Positions 38,160 through 48,127 of a stretch of DNA of 64,000 nt are shown one piece after another (positions within the stretch are counted from its first letter, which is position 1; the number at the start of each line of letters is the position of its first letter). The position numbers and the translations under genes were made by a program. The stretch spans positions 1 through 64,000 of IMG/VR virus record IMGVR_UViG_3300017963_000262; one strand, given 5' to 3'. The stretch is from a virus. The notes beneath the pieces are model-generated. The model was not told the origin of the DNA. It saw only the letters and a program-made list of their open reading frames with translations, and searched no databases.

Positions 38160-38729
38160 TTAGTTCTTCTTATTATTTTTGCCATTAATCTTGTCTATCT
38201 TTTCTTGAGAAACCTTTTCTCCATGTTTTTTAACCAAATCATGAAATTCTTGTAATCCAAAATCTTCAAAATTGTGAGGAAGTTTAATAATTTTACTTAG
38301 GACCATTCCACCAGCTTCAACGCATACTTGAGAGTAATCACCATCTTTAAATGGATTATGTTGTTTTCCTTTTAGCCTAAATAATCTATTAAAGAAGTTA
38401 AAAAACCTCATAATACCTAAACCAATTATTGCCTTGTATCCATAAGGTTTTCCGGTCATATCATGCGCTTGTTGTTCAATTTTAAATAAGGTTTCATCAT
38501 CAACGTAAAAGTGATATAGTTCAACCACTTCTGCGTGTTTTTTAAAATTTACGTTACTTAAGATTCTAATTCCAGATCCAACTGCTTCAAAAACTTTTCG
38601 TCTATCAATATTAGTGCATTTCCAAGTAACAAAAACATGAGAATATGAAGTTCCCTCAATTAGTTTTATCAACTGAGCTAAAGGTTTCCATTTTTTTGGA
38701 CGAGAAAAACCAACGGTAATTTTATTCAT
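38160..38729 (-). CDS. hypothetical head-morphogenesis-region protein
   Basis: 189 aa; conserved-looking Cys/His (SHVFVTW, QVCVEAGG). Confidence 0.4.
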   Translation of the reverse strand: MNKITVGFSRPKKWKPLAQLIKLIEGTSYSHVFVTWKCTNIDRRKVFEAVGSGIRILSNVNFKKHAEVVELYHFYVDDETLFKIEQQAHDMTGKPYGYKAIIGLGIMRFFNFFNRLFRLKGKQHNPFKDGDYSQVCVEAGGMVLSKIIKLPHNFEDFGLQEFHDLVKKHGEKVSQEKIDKINGKNNKKN

Positions 38730-38730
38730 T

Positions 38731-39306
38731 TTAACTCTCCGTTAAAGGTAATCCTAGAAAAGTTTCAATCTGATTAATCATATTTAATAATCTTGCGTCA
38801 GTTATAAAAGGACCTAGTCCTGTATATGTGCTAGGATTAGCTCGAATATATCCAAGAACCTCTAATGCTGCATATAAACTTCCGGTATCAAGACAGTCTT
38901 TTAAACTAATGGCCTTAGTTTTTCCGGGCATTAAATGTTTTTCAACTATAAGTCCCAAAACATCTACTGTTTTACCAGCTTGTGTAATTCCTAATTCGAT
39001 ATTTGTTGCCGACTCATTATCCATCATTTGCTTAATAAAAGGTTGGACATCCATATTTAACTGAGTAACAATGCTGTCATGCAGCGTTGGTGTAGGAACA
39101 TGATTATTTACAGTCGTTGTTATATCAGTATCTTCTTGCATAGTTGGTTCTCTAAGAAGTTGCACAGTTACTTTAGATATATCGCTGTCATAAATTATAC
39201 AATGAAATAAGTCATTAGCAATTAAGTTTAATTCTGAATTTAATTTGTTCATTAAAATTGTTTTAGTAAACACTCTTTCTGTAACCATCATTATGATACT
39301 CTCCAA
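38731..39306 (-). CDS. hypothetical protein
   Basis: 191 aa. Confidence 0.4.
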   Translation of the reverse strand: MESIIMMVTERVFTKTILMNKLNSELNLIANDLFHCIIYDSDISKVTVQLLREPTMQEDTDITTTVNNHVPTPTLHDSIVTQLNMDVQPFIKQMMDNESATNIELGITQAGKTVDVLGLIVEKHLMPGKTKAISLKDCLDTGSLYAALEVLGYIRANPSTYTGLGPFITDARLLNMINQIETFLGLPLTES

Positions 39307-40298
39307 AATTCTAATTTAGCTGTTCGGATAAACGCGGCAATTGATGCGTCATCAGTTCGATACTGTAGAACATAACTATGAGATCCTGCAGTCAAAGTTC
39401 TATTTATAAATCCGCCAGTTTCATGTTGTTGGTCAACCCCAGAATCTTGCGGTTCTTGTAAATGAAGCATAATTTGAGTTGCACCATCCTCTAAAACTCT
39501 AGCTTCAAAATCATCTGCCGTACCGTTTAAACTCCAATTGTAAGACCAACCAATACGATAAGTTCCCGCAGGAATAGTTCCTGTATTTAAAGTTACTTTT
39601 GTTTGAAATGTAGTTGAGTTACTTTGAGATTCTCCTAAACTTTCAGCGTATTGATATTCTGTACCAAAAACTGGAGTATTTGTTAAATCATTATAATCTC
39701 CACTTGTAGCTACTGTCGCTAACGAAGATTCTAAAGCGTAAGCTGGATGTGGATCTGCTGCTGCTTCATGCGTTGAAATTGCATTATTTACGGTTGTTGT
39801 TACTTGTGCGCCAGTTTGGTAATTAGCATCGTTAGTTAGGTCTGATACATTATCTCCGGGCTGAACTGCACTATCAGCTAATGCTCCTTGAGCGGCAGTA
39901 GCAAAATCACCTTCATCATTATCAGCAGCAGTTCCCAAAGTTGGGAGATTCTGAAGATTATTATAATTAATATTACCTTCAACGATGTCTATATCAATTT
40001 CGTTATTTGCAACATCATCAGTTACGCTAATCTTATTAGATCCTGCGTTAATATTTTTAAATTCTAATATTCCGCCATTATTTTGTATAAATGGACCTAC
40101 ACCACCAACACCTTCATTAGATCCGTCAGTAACCGCACCAACTGTAGATAAAACTGCATTTCCTCCAGCAGTTGTTCCATCACCAATAAATACATTTCCG
40201 GTATCAGTTTCATATATTAATTCACCGATATCAGGAGTGTATGATGTTCTTGTTGCACTAGTGGCTCTTAAAATTTGAATTTTAATTCTTTGTGCCAT
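39291..40298 (-). CDS. fibre-like protein with conserved phage fibre N-terminal motif
   Basis: 335 aa; GELIYETDTGNVFIGDGTTAGGNAV resembles the E.DTGK...GDG.T.W N-terminal motif of phage fibre/receptor-binding proteins. Confidence 0.45.
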   Translation of the reverse strand: MAQRIKIQILRATSATRTSYTPDIGELIYETDTGNVFIGDGTTAGGNAVLSTVGAVTDGSNEGVGGVGPFIQNNGGILEFKNINAGSNKISVTDDVANNEIDIDIVEGNINYNNLQNLPTLGTAADNDEGDFATAAQGALADSAVQPGDNVSDLTNDANYQTGAQVTTTVNNAISTHEAAADPHPAYALESSLATVATSGDYNDLTNTPVFGTEYQYAESLGESQSNSTTFQTKVTLNTGTIPAGTYRIGWSYNWSLNGTADDFEARVLEDGATQIMLHLQEPQDSGVDQQHETGGFINRTLTAGSHSYVLQYRTDDASIAAFIRTAKLEFWRVS

Positions 40299-40975
40299 TA
40301 CAATTCTCCTGCATTATAATTAAATAAAAGTTCTTCATCGGTAACATTCGCTCCATCTATTCCTAAAATTACTTGATCTTCGGTTCTTTCTCGTTGTGGT
40401 ACTACCATTAAGGCTGTTCCGCTTCCCAAAGAAGTATTATTACTTCCTTGTATTCTTCTTGACACAATACGAATAATATCTCCAATATTTACATCAATTA
40501 ATGCGGTCCCTGTACCTGTTTGTCTATCAGCATTTGCTTGTCGCTCATAAGTGTAAACAACAGTATCTTCGATTTCAACAAAACCTGAACCAGTATTTAT
40601 TTGTAAAGCGTTTCTGGAATTAGTTCTACTGTTATTTGTATTATCAAAAGTAACATTATAAGTTACATAGAATTTTCCAGCAGTTAAAAATTGTAATTCT
40701 CCGCTTGCCAAATTAAAAGCATTTGTATCACTAGTTGGCGTAGATTGAGTTAAAATTAATGGAGTATCTACGTTATTTATAACTTGTCCACCAGCATTAC
40801 TATAAGCTTTATAATGTCTATCACTCAAAAACTCACCACAATTAATAACATTAAAGGGAACTCCACTAATCTTAGCTTCTTCAATAGCTTCTTGTGTATT
40901 TTCTGCAGTAAAATTATTTTCTTCATTATCAAATGGTACAGCTTCGGCAACTGGAAAAGTAAAAGGACCGGGCAT
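40298..40975 (-). CDS. virion protein
   Basis: 225 aa beta-rich. Confidence 0.4.
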   Translation of the reverse strand: MPGPFTFPVAEAVPFDNEENNFTAENTQEAIEEAKISGVPFNVINCGEFLSDRHYKAYSNAGGQVINNVDTPLILTQSTPTSDTNAFNLASGELQFLTAGKFYVTYNVTFDNTNNSRTNSRNALQINTGSGFVEIEDTVVYTYERQANADRQTGTGTALIDVNIGDIIRIVSRRIQGSNNTSLGSGTALMVVPQRERTEDQVILGIDGANVTDEELLFNYNAGEL

Positions 40976-40976
40976 G

Positions 40977-41357
40977 TTATTTCTCCGAAAACGCTACATC
41001 AGCGGTTCCACTATCAGCTTTAAAGTAGATAGTACAGTTTTCGCCAACAGGTAATGCAAAAAATTGATTTTTAAATAAATCAAACGGACAACTAGGATCA
41101 TAACCCCATTTTACTCTTTTAGTTAATGCCTGCATTTCAACAAATTTGCGATTTTCTAAAGGTAAAGCATTTACTTTACCTTCAATAGCTGTAGTTGTTA
41201 AGTTTAAAACTCCACTTACTCCGGCTTGATTTGGAACATCAGCAACTTGTAAATCAGCTAAAGTTGTAGAGCGTACAGGAGTTTGTTCTGTACCGTCAGC
41301 TTGTGATCCTACAATCTTTACCGTTTCTGCTGCTTCTATATCGCTAATATCTGCCAT
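40977..41357 (-). CDS. virion protein
   Basis: 126 aa. Confidence 0.4.
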   Translation of the reverse strand: MADISDIEAAETVKIVGSQADGTEQTPVRSTTLADLQVADVPNQAGVSGVLNLTTTAIEGKVNALPLENRKFVEMQALTKRVKWGYDPSCPFDLFKNQFFALPVGENCTIYFKADSGTADVAFSEK

Positions 41358-41366
41358 TAATTATCC

Positions 41367-42227
41367 TTAGTTTTCTTCACCTAATAAAGTAGAGTAAACA
41401 TCTTGTGGCTGATTATCTCTGTTAGTTATTGTCATTCGCACAACTTCAGCAGCACCAGCTTTTAATAACTTTTCAAGTGGAATACGAATATTGGGATTAG
41501 ACGTAGAGTTAAATCCAACAAACTTAGTTGCACCATCTACCAATAATTCAACCTTAAGTTTACCACTTCCCGAAATCCAAGCTTCTTCACCAGAAAAAGT
41601 AGTACCACCCGTAACAGTGTAGTCATGGTTTACTGAAGCATTTTTAGCAACAGAAGAACTTGTTTGATAATCACAAACTTCATTTCCAGCAACACTATCA
41701 ACAACATTAACATTGATTGAACCGTCAGTATTAACAGCAAGAGTGTCTGTTCCATCAGAAATAGCAACATTGTCTTGAGAAGCATTAAGATCTCTAATAT
41801 CTAGATCGGTTGCGTCAACAGTAATAGAGTTTCCACCATCTTGAATGTTAACAGCAGCGGCACCAGCAGCATTATTGATAGTTACATCACCAATATCGTT
41901 ACCGTCAACAAATTTACCATATAAGCTAGACAAAGCAGTATTTGCATCGTCATCTCTAACTTGAAGTTCACCAGAAGCATTTACATTAGTAAGATTTGTT
42001 CCATCACCTAACCGAACACTATCCTGAGCATGATCTAAATCTCTAATATCTAAATCAACAGCATCTATTGTGATTGAACCACCGTTATCTGTAATATTTA
42101 TAGATCCGTCTGCATTGACCGCTAGTTGTTGCGTATCTGGATTAGTTGCATCAACTATCTTCGTCTGTACTCTTTCATCAACATCCGCCTCTGAGCGAAT
42201 TGGCAATGAACTGTTATAATCCGCCAT
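41367..42227 (-). CDS. repeat-containing virion protein (paralog of 42387-43088)
   Basis: 286 aa; two copies of DxxDLDIRDLxxxQDxVxxxDGTxxLxVNxDGS repeat. Confidence 0.45.
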   Translation of the reverse strand: MADYNSSLPIRSEADVDERVQTKIVDATNPDTQQLAVNADGSINITDNGGSITIDAVDLDIRDLDHAQDSVRLGDGTNLTNVNASGELQVRDDDANTALSSLYGKFVDGNDIGDVTINNAAGAAAVNIQDGGNSITVDATDLDIRDLNASQDNVAISDGTDTLAVNTDGSINVNVVDSVAGNEVCDYQTSSSVAKNASVNHDYTVTGGTTFSGEEAWISGSGKLKVELLVDGATKFVGFNSTSNPNIRIPLEKLLKAGAAEVVRMTITNRDNQPQDVYSTLLGEEN

Positions 42228-42390
42228 TTAATTCTCCTTCTATTTTCCTCTTTCGTTCTTCCTGTAATTTAATATGTTCTGTCATCCGTTCGATGTCAGC
42301 TTTTCTTTCCTCTATTTTATATTCAAGTTCTGCAATAGTTGCTTCAACTTTTTTAAGTTCAACTTGTTTCTTCTTTTTTTCTAAGCTCAT
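42214..42390 (-). CDS. small coiled-coil protein (candidate, below ORF-track cutoff)
   Basis: 58 aa MSLEKKKKQVELKKVEATIAELEYKIEERK...; ATGA overlap with upstream stop. Confidence 0.3.
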   Translation of the reverse strand: MSLEKKKKQVELKKVEATIAELEYKIEERKADIERMTEHIKLQEERKRKIEGELNGGL

Positions 42391-43088
42391 AATACTTCCA
42401 CCAAAGTTGCTCTAGCGTTAAAATCTCCCGGCATAGGTCTTTCGTGTATTACTGTAACCGTTAATGTTTGACCCGGAGATAATCTATATCCATTATTTAA
42501 TTGTCCATCATACCTAAATCTAGCATTTAATCCTGCTCCAAAATAAGTACGTTTTTTATCAACAACACTTCCTTGTACTTTTATTCGATATTCTGCAATA
42601 TTTTCACCAGAAACATCAATTTTTTGTATATAAGTTTCTCTTCCAGCAAGAGCAGTAAAAGTTAACAGCGTAGTTTCTGTACTTTGTGCAACTGAAGATA
42701 CTTCATTAAAATTATTAATCTCAGTTACATTCGCGGAACCACTTATAGTTACAGGCAAAGAACCATCGGCATTAATATTTAATCTATGACCATCATCATC
42801 CTGTATAGCAACATTATCTTTACTAGCATCAAGATTTTCAATATCTAATTCATTAATAACAGATACGTCTAATCCGGTTTTAGGACCAACAACTGTTGAT
42901 GTAAAGAAATTAGTGCCATCACCTAAGCGAATGGAATCATCGGTATGTGTAATGATTACTTCAAAACCACTACCACCACCTGTAGATCCTTCAACAACAC
43001 ATACCCTTAAACAATTCGTTGCTGGATCAAATACACTTTTTAATACTTGAAATCCATCAAGTTTATTGTTCAAGTTATTTGGCATCAA
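42387..43088 (-). CDS. repeat-containing virion protein (paralog of 41367-42227)
   Basis: 233 aa; DIENLDASKDNVAIQDDDGHRLNINADGSLPV matches the repeat of the neighbour. Confidence 0.45.
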   Translation of the reverse strand: MMPNNLNNKLDGFQVLKSVFDPATNCLRVCVVEGSTGGGSGFEVIITHTDDSIRLGDGTNFFTSTVVGPKTGLDVSVINELDIENLDASKDNVAIQDDDGHRLNINADGSLPVTISGSANVTEINNFNEVSSVAQSTETTLLTFTALAGRETYIQKIDVSGENIAEYRIKVQGSVVDKKRTYFGAGLNARFRYDGQLNNGYRLSPGQTLTVTVIHERPMPGDFNARATLVEVL

Positions 43089-43097
43089 CTAATCCTA

Positions 43098-43286
43098 TTA
43101 GTATTTACGAGGTTTAATTGCTTCGTATGTTCTTGCTCTTTCTTTTTCAATTAATTCTTTACGTTTCTTCTTTTCTTTTTCTTCATCAGACATAGTAAAC
43201 ATATTTTTTAATTTTTCAAAAGCAGTTTTATTGCTATCTCTAGCAGCTTTACTAGTGTCTTTTAAAAATTGCTTAGATCTTCCCAT
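43098..43286 (-). CDS. small basic protein
   Basis: 62 aa. Confidence 0.35.
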   Translation of the reverse strand: MGRSKQFLKDTSKAARDSNKTAFEKLKNMFTMSDEEKEKKKRKELIEKERARTYEAIKPRKY

Positions 43287-43295
43287 TATATCCCC

Positions 43296-45350
43296 TTAAC
43301 TTTGTGGCAATACATCTTGTGCATTAGTTGGTAAATTATCAAATGGAGCTGGCGGTGTTGCTGGTTGAGGCATAACTGTACCTTCCATTACTGCAGGATT
43401 TTGAGCTGCCATTTGCGCTGTTGCTTGTTGTTGCATTACTGGATCAAGTTCTCCCATACTGTTGGCTGGAGGACCTTGTGCTCCGGGAGCATTTTGTGGA
43501 TTAAGTGGAGTTCCACCGGGAGGCGACAAAGGCTGTTCACCAAGTAGTGCCAACAAGTCAGGATTAGTTGTTTGTAATAAATAAATGTGTTCTTGTATAT
43601 GAGTTTGAATACGTTTAACTAATTCTGGATCATTTTTTAAATCTGGATCAGCCAAAACATCACTATGCTCTTTGATGTGAATAGAATGTTTTTCTGTAGC
43701 AACAGCAACAACTGTTTCCCCTTGTAACATTTTTTCATTTTCAGCTTTAGTTAATAGCAACTGTTTATCGACACCATCAGTCATCGCTTCAAGTTTACCT
43801 GTGTTCATTACGGTAATGTATTGCTCAGGAGTTCTGATTAGTCCCATTTGTAACATCTGCTCTGCCATTTGGACTCGACCAGCGGTAGTTTTGGCTAGAG
43901 GATTTCCAACATCAACAATAACACGATTAACATTTGAAAGATCATCACCACTAAACTCTTTCATATAAGTTCGGTTAGATTCACCAACGATCTGAGCCAC
44001 TCTAGGAACAGCAGCAAAATCCTTTAACATGTTTACTAAACCAGTACCAACATCTTCAATCATCTTAACATAAGACTGCTGCAATCCTGATACGAATTGA
44101 AGTGCCATAGATTGAACTAGTGCTAATGCGTTACCTGATTGTAAAGAAGATTCTGGATTACCTCTAGATACAGAGTTAACCCCAGAAATAGTTTCTGCGG
44201 TTCTTTCTAAAATAGAAATGAACTCATAAGTTTCTGGTGCAGTTTTAAGTAAATTTAAAGCTTCTGGCTTTTCTCCACCGACCGGATTATATTCAATAAA
44301 GTTTAACGAAGAACTAATCTGCTCAATATCAACGTCAGCTCCGCGAGGAGAAAGAACGTTTTGAACAGCAAAAGCGTTTTGATTGGAAAGTACAGCAGAA
44401 TACAAACTATTCAAAGCGTCTTGAATTGGAAGAATATCGAAGGTGTCACTGTAACCATAAGGAGTACCAAGAATGTCTGCAGGAGATACTCTGTAAACTG
44501 GAAGCTCTCTGTACGGCATGTTTGCGTCATTTAGAACAACGTTACTGTCAACGAAAAGAACATATCGACCTTCAGGCATAGATTCTGTTCTTTTGTGATA
44601 AAATTCATAAACAGCAATATCATCAGTTTCATCATGGAAAGCACCGTTAAAATCATAACGTTGCATTTGGTCTTTAGTTTCCATACGAAGAATGTCTTGA
44701 GCTTTTTCTGGATATTTCGCAGCTAAATCAAATCTATTTCTAAATGAACGACAAAGAACCCAATCATGTTGAGAAGAATCTTCTTTTGTGCTATCAAAAA
44801 CAACATCAAAAGGAGAAAGATTGCTAAACTTAACGTCACCTTCATAGATAGGACTATCAGTTTCTTCATTATAATCGTAAACTTCACCAGAAGTGGCGTT
44901 CCACTCCATCTTGATATATCCTGAACCAAAAACAATAGCGTATTCAATGGCTCGATATAAATAATCTTCAAGTCGCTTCTCTCTCATATAATAATCGAGA
45001 AGACCATTGGCTAATTTTGTTTGAACTAATGATTTGTAATCTGTATTGGTTGCTCTGGCTTCCATCGCTGGACGATTAGCAGTAACCATAGTTAGAATAT
45101 GACGACAAATATTTCTATAGTGATTTACTGGCAAATTAGTCAATTCACCTTGTTCACCACTAAAAGTAATTCGATGCCCCGATCCGATATCTGTATAGTA
45201 GGCACCGTGATATGCAGACCAAGCCTCTTTTAGCTTGTCCAAGTAACCGTTGACATCCAAGGAGTGAAACCACTTATCTGCCTTGGCTAGAACGATTCTA
45301 GCGGTGTCTTCGGCTTCCTTAGCTGCAAAATATTCTTCATTATGTCTCAT
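43296..45350 (-). CDS. portal protein (candidate)
   Basis: 684 aa directly downstream of the large terminase; size appropriate; P/Q-rich C-terminal tail; no motif proof. Confidence 0.45.
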   Translation of the reverse strand: MRHNEEYFAAKEAEDTARIVLAKADKWFHSLDVNGYLDKLKEAWSAYHGAYYTDIGSGHRITFSGEQGELTNLPVNHYRNICRHILTMVTANRPAMEARATNTDYKSLVQTKLANGLLDYYMREKRLEDYLYRAIEYAIVFGSGYIKMEWNATSGEVYDYNEETDSPIYEGDVKFSNLSPFDVVFDSTKEDSSQHDWVLCRSFRNRFDLAAKYPEKAQDILRMETKDQMQRYDFNGAFHDETDDIAVYEFYHKRTESMPEGRYVLFVDSNVVLNDANMPYRELPVYRVSPADILGTPYGYSDTFDILPIQDALNSLYSAVLSNQNAFAVQNVLSPRGADVDIEQISSSLNFIEYNPVGGEKPEALNLLKTAPETYEFISILERTAETISGVNSVSRGNPESSLQSGNALALVQSMALQFVSGLQQSYVKMIEDVGTGLVNMLKDFAAVPRVAQIVGESNRTYMKEFSGDDLSNVNRVIVDVGNPLAKTTAGRVQMAEQMLQMGLIRTPEQYITVMNTGKLEAMTDGVDKQLLLTKAENEKMLQGETVVAVATEKHSIHIKEHSDVLADPDLKNDPELVKRIQTHIQEHIYLLQTTNPDLLALLGEQPLSPPGGTPLNPQNAPGAQGPPANSMGELDPVMQQQATAQMAAQNPAVMEGTVMPQPATPPAPFDNLPTNAQDVLPQS

Positions 45351-45363
45351 ATTTCCACCATTT

Positions 45364-45398
45364 GAGTTAATAATATAGCTCCAATCTTATTTGTTAAT
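45364..45398 (-). promoter_or_regulatory. late-promoter motif copy 3
   Basis: minus reads GATTAACAAATAAGATTGGAGC; overlaps the terminase stop codon; ~40 nt upstream of portal ATG. Confidence 0.5.
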
Positions 45399-46847
45399 CT
45401 TAATAGACTTCTGTATTTTCAAGGACTTGGCGAGCTTGTCCATGCCTCGAATCTCTAATTTTCTCTGAAAATGATTAGAAGTACCCATTGCTGTGTAATT
45501 CTTCGGATATGGGTTTTTGCCTGTTACGATATTCCTCACAAGGTAAATAAAAGCATCTAGGGTATCATAGTGACCACCTTCAACGTCTTTTGCAAATTCT
45601 TTGTACCCATTCTTAAGATGATCTGCCCATTTTCCATTTTTTAAGTGTGATATTAAGGTCTTACAGCGAGGATGAATCACTATCTGTCGATTTTGGACCC
45701 AAAGCTTAACTTTATTAATAGCAGCTTGTTTATTATCTTTTTTGGTTGGGATAAAATTTAGTTTGTGATCGGTCCTTAAATCGTTTAATAGAATAATATT
45801 GTTGTTATCTGCATACATCATATATGGAGGTTTTTCATCAAAATGTTCTGTCAATCTTTCTTTTATACTTTCAGCAATTTTCTTTGTACCTTGTTTATCT
45901 TTATGAACAATTTCATCAATTACAACAACACTATCGTTAATAAAGTCGTAATAGGCAATAAGTATTGACGTAAAATCTTTTCCCCCAATATCCATAGAAA
46001 CATAATAGTCATAATATGGTGGATATAAAATTTGGTCAGTTACAATATCTCTTTCTGCTTCATGGTCAAATTCAGGAACAACAGTTTTAGTTTCATCTCG
46101 AACAATCTCACAAAGATACTCTGCACGAAAACGAATATCTTTTCTACCTTTAGGATAACGTTCGATAATTTTTCGAATGTCAGCCTCATTCAACATTGGG
46201 TTATCATCAATTGTATATTTGAATAATTTTCCTTCAGTTTTGGCTTTCTCCACAAATATCGTTATAAAAGGATGTTCTGGTTCGTTGGGGTCAGGAGTAG
46301 AAGATAACAATCCTCGACCATTTGTCATTGTAGTTGTCGGTGTAAGGACAGAATAAATAACGTCTTCTAAATCACTACAGAATCCTGCCTCATCAACAAT
46401 CCAAAGATCACAAGTACCACCACGAATATTATCATAGTTCTGGTTATCTGTACCAGCAGCTTGTATCTGGCTCCCATTAGGAAATTGCCAAACTTTATCA
46501 TTTTCTTTCCATTCTGGGCGTATATCGGCTGGACAGCCTCGAAGAATAACTTTCATATTCTTATTCAGAATATTTTTTACCATTTTTAACTTAGGTGTAA
46601 CAAATTTAACAACCGCATCCGGCTTTCTTAAGCATGTTTCAATTGCAAGAATTGCTAACAGATATGATTTACCTGTTTGTCGAGAAATAAGCATAGTTGT
46701 GAAATAATCATCACTACTATAAAACTTATCATAGATAATTTTTTGCTGTGTATGGAGTTTGAATCGTAGTTGACCTTTTCGCCAAAGAATTTTTTGGGCT
46801 TGACTAGGACTCGGAACCTTCCGTTTTGTTTTCGACACTGGCAGCAA
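45387..46847 (-). CDS. terminase large subunit
   Basis: 486 aa; Walker A ISRQTGKS, Walker B-like LWIVDEAGF; C-terminal nuclease-like region; N-terminal start uncertain. Confidence 0.7.
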   Translation of the reverse strand: MLPVSKTKRKVPSPSQAQKILWRKGQLRFKLHTQQKIIYDKFYSSDDYFTTMLISRQTGKSYLLAILAIETCLRKPDAVVKFVTPKLKMVKNILNKNMKVILRGCPADIRPEWKENDKVWQFPNGSQIQAAGTDNQNYDNIRGGTCDLWIVDEAGFCSDLEDVIYSVLTPTTTMTNGRGLLSSTPDPNEPEHPFITIFVEKAKTEGKLFKYTIDDNPMLNEADIRKIIERYPKGRKDIRFRAEYLCEIVRDETKTVVPEFDHEAERDIVTDQILYPPYYDYYVSMDIGGKDFTSILIAYYDFINDSVVVIDEIVHKDKQGTKKIAESIKERLTEHFDEKPPYMMYADNNNIILLNDLRTDHKLNFIPTKKDNKQAAINKVKLWVQNRQIVIHPRCKTLISHLKNGKWADHLKNGYKEFAKDVEGGHYDTLDAFIYLVRNIVTGKNPYPKNYTAMGTSNHFQRKLEIRGMDKLAKSLKIQKSIKINK

Positions 46848-47211
46848 TCCTCTCTAATTCCTCATCAGACATTTCTGCTGGTAGAGTGAGTTCATTGTTT
46901 GATGTGCTTTGCTTTTTTATCAAACGTTTGTTCTTGATTAGCAAGTCTAAAGTCTTTACTTCCTCAAGGGTTAATTTTCTTTCTCTTGAGATACTATTTA
47001 AGTTATTAATCTGAACTTCAAGCAACTCTTCTTCGGGAGTTAGAATTAAACTTGTTTTTTTTCGATCAATTTCTCTTATTCTATCAATTTCTTTACATAA
47101 TTTAGTTACGGTTTCTTGTAAAGCATTGTTTTCTTTACGTAATTTAACAACTTCTACTTCAATAGATGCTGATTCTGTAAATTTTTTCTGTAAACTTTTA
47201 GTATTAGCCAT
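46804..47211 (-). CDS. coiled-coil protein, possible terminase small subunit
   Basis: 135 aa just upstream of and overlapping the large terminase gene. Confidence 0.3.
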   Translation of the reverse strand: MANTKSLQKKFTESASIEVEVVKLRKENNALQETVTKLCKEIDRIREIDRKKTSLILTPEEELLEVQINNLNSISRERKLTLEEVKTLDLLIKNKRLIKKQSTSNNELTLPAEMSDEELERIAASVENKTEGSES

Positions 47212-47528
47212 TAAAAATACCGAGTTTTTTCTTTAGATGAAATTTTGGCAACATTTCCTTTAGTTAAAGCGCCTTTAATCTCTTTAACATCAGCTTGAAC
47301 CTTATCTAGCTCAGTTTTTAAACGATTTGGGGCTTTCTGTGGCTCTTTAAGAGCAATAAATCTTGCACCAGCATACACTGCACCTAAAACTGCCAAAATC
47401 GCAGCAGAGGCGAAATTTGGAGCAATAAAAAGATTTTTTACACCAAAAGCAAGAAAAACAACAAGCAATAAGTTAATTTTCTTCAATCCGTGAATAGTAT
47501 TCATTAATTTTTCTTTCATGAAAAACAC
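47211..47528 (-). CDS. membrane protein (2 TM)
   Basis: 105 aa; LLLVVFLAFGV and AILAVLGAVYAGARFIAL; first gene of the late minus block. Confidence 0.4.
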   Translation of the reverse strand: MFFMKEKLMNTIHGLKKINLLLVVFLAFGVKNLFIAPNFASAAILAVLGAVYAGARFIALKEPQKAPNRLKTELDKVQADVKEIKGALTKGNVAKISSKEKTRYF

Positions 47529-47597
47529 CTTAAGTTGTTAAAATTACGAGCATTTTGACGTAATAGCCCTGTTTTTCAGCTTTTCCCCTTTGGGTCA

Positions 47598-47632
47598 TGC
47601 CTCTTGTCATATCTCTAACCTTATTTGTTAAT
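47598..47632 (-). promoter_or_regulatory. late-promoter motif copy 5
   Basis: minus reads TATTAACAAATAAGGTTAGAGATATGAC; ~90 nt upstream of ATG 47528. Confidence 0.5.
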
Positions 47633-47663
47633 ATGGCATAATTCTTGCTATTTGTCAAGTTTT

Positions 47664-47693
47664 TTGACACTTGATTTATAAAAAAAGTATGTT
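47664..47693 (+). promoter_or_regulatory. sigma70-type promoter (TTGACA-18-TATGTT)
   Basis: TTGACA 47664-47669; TATGTT 47688-47693; SD AGGAGA then ATG 47718. Confidence 0.4.
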
Positions 47694-47717
47694 ATTCTAC
47701 TAAAAGTAGGAGAAACT

Positions 47718-47978
47718 ATGATGAACGCATTTATTGTATCCACAGCAATAGCTTGGGGTGGAGCACAAAACCAAGGCCAAATCGTTTATGACAATCCTGA
47801 ACAAGAAGCAATTACGGCTTTAAGCAAAGCTTGCTACAAAGAGTTTGGATTAGACGATGTTGCTAAACGTTTAGAAAAAAGATATGTGCCTGAAGAGGTT
47901 AAGGAGTACGGAGTTTGGCCAGTATTAGTGATAAAAGCAGTGACAGAAAAAAGACTAAGCTACGAATGGACCTTCTAG
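47718..47978 (+). CDS. hypothetical protein
   Basis: 86 aa; SD AGGAGA. Confidence 0.4.
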   Translation: MMNAFIVSTAIAWGGAQNQGQIVYDNPEQEAITALSKACYKEFGLDDVAKRLEKRYVPEEVKEYGVWPVLVIKAVTEKRLSYEWTF

Positions 47979-48127
47979 ATCGGCTAATAGACGAAAATGA
48001 ACGTTACAGGATTATGGTTGAGGTTTTTTTAAGTTACATACCAGAAAATGAGAAGAACATAGCGTTGGCCCACGTTGCTGAAAGAATTTTTAACGAGGTA
48101 AAGAATTGTGAAGTCACTGATACTTGA
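47915..48127 (+). CDS. hypothetical protein
   Basis: 70 aa. Confidence 0.3.
   Translation: MASISDKSSDRKKTKLRMDLLDRLIDENERYRIMVEVFLSYIPENEKNIALAHVAERIFNEVKNCEVTDT

Noticed and set aside
37955-38255. ORFs 37955-38185 (-) and 38070-38255 (+)
   Set aside because: They overlap the intergenic region carrying late-promoter copy 2 and each other, and give low-complexity translations. Likely non-coding leader of the scaffold gene.
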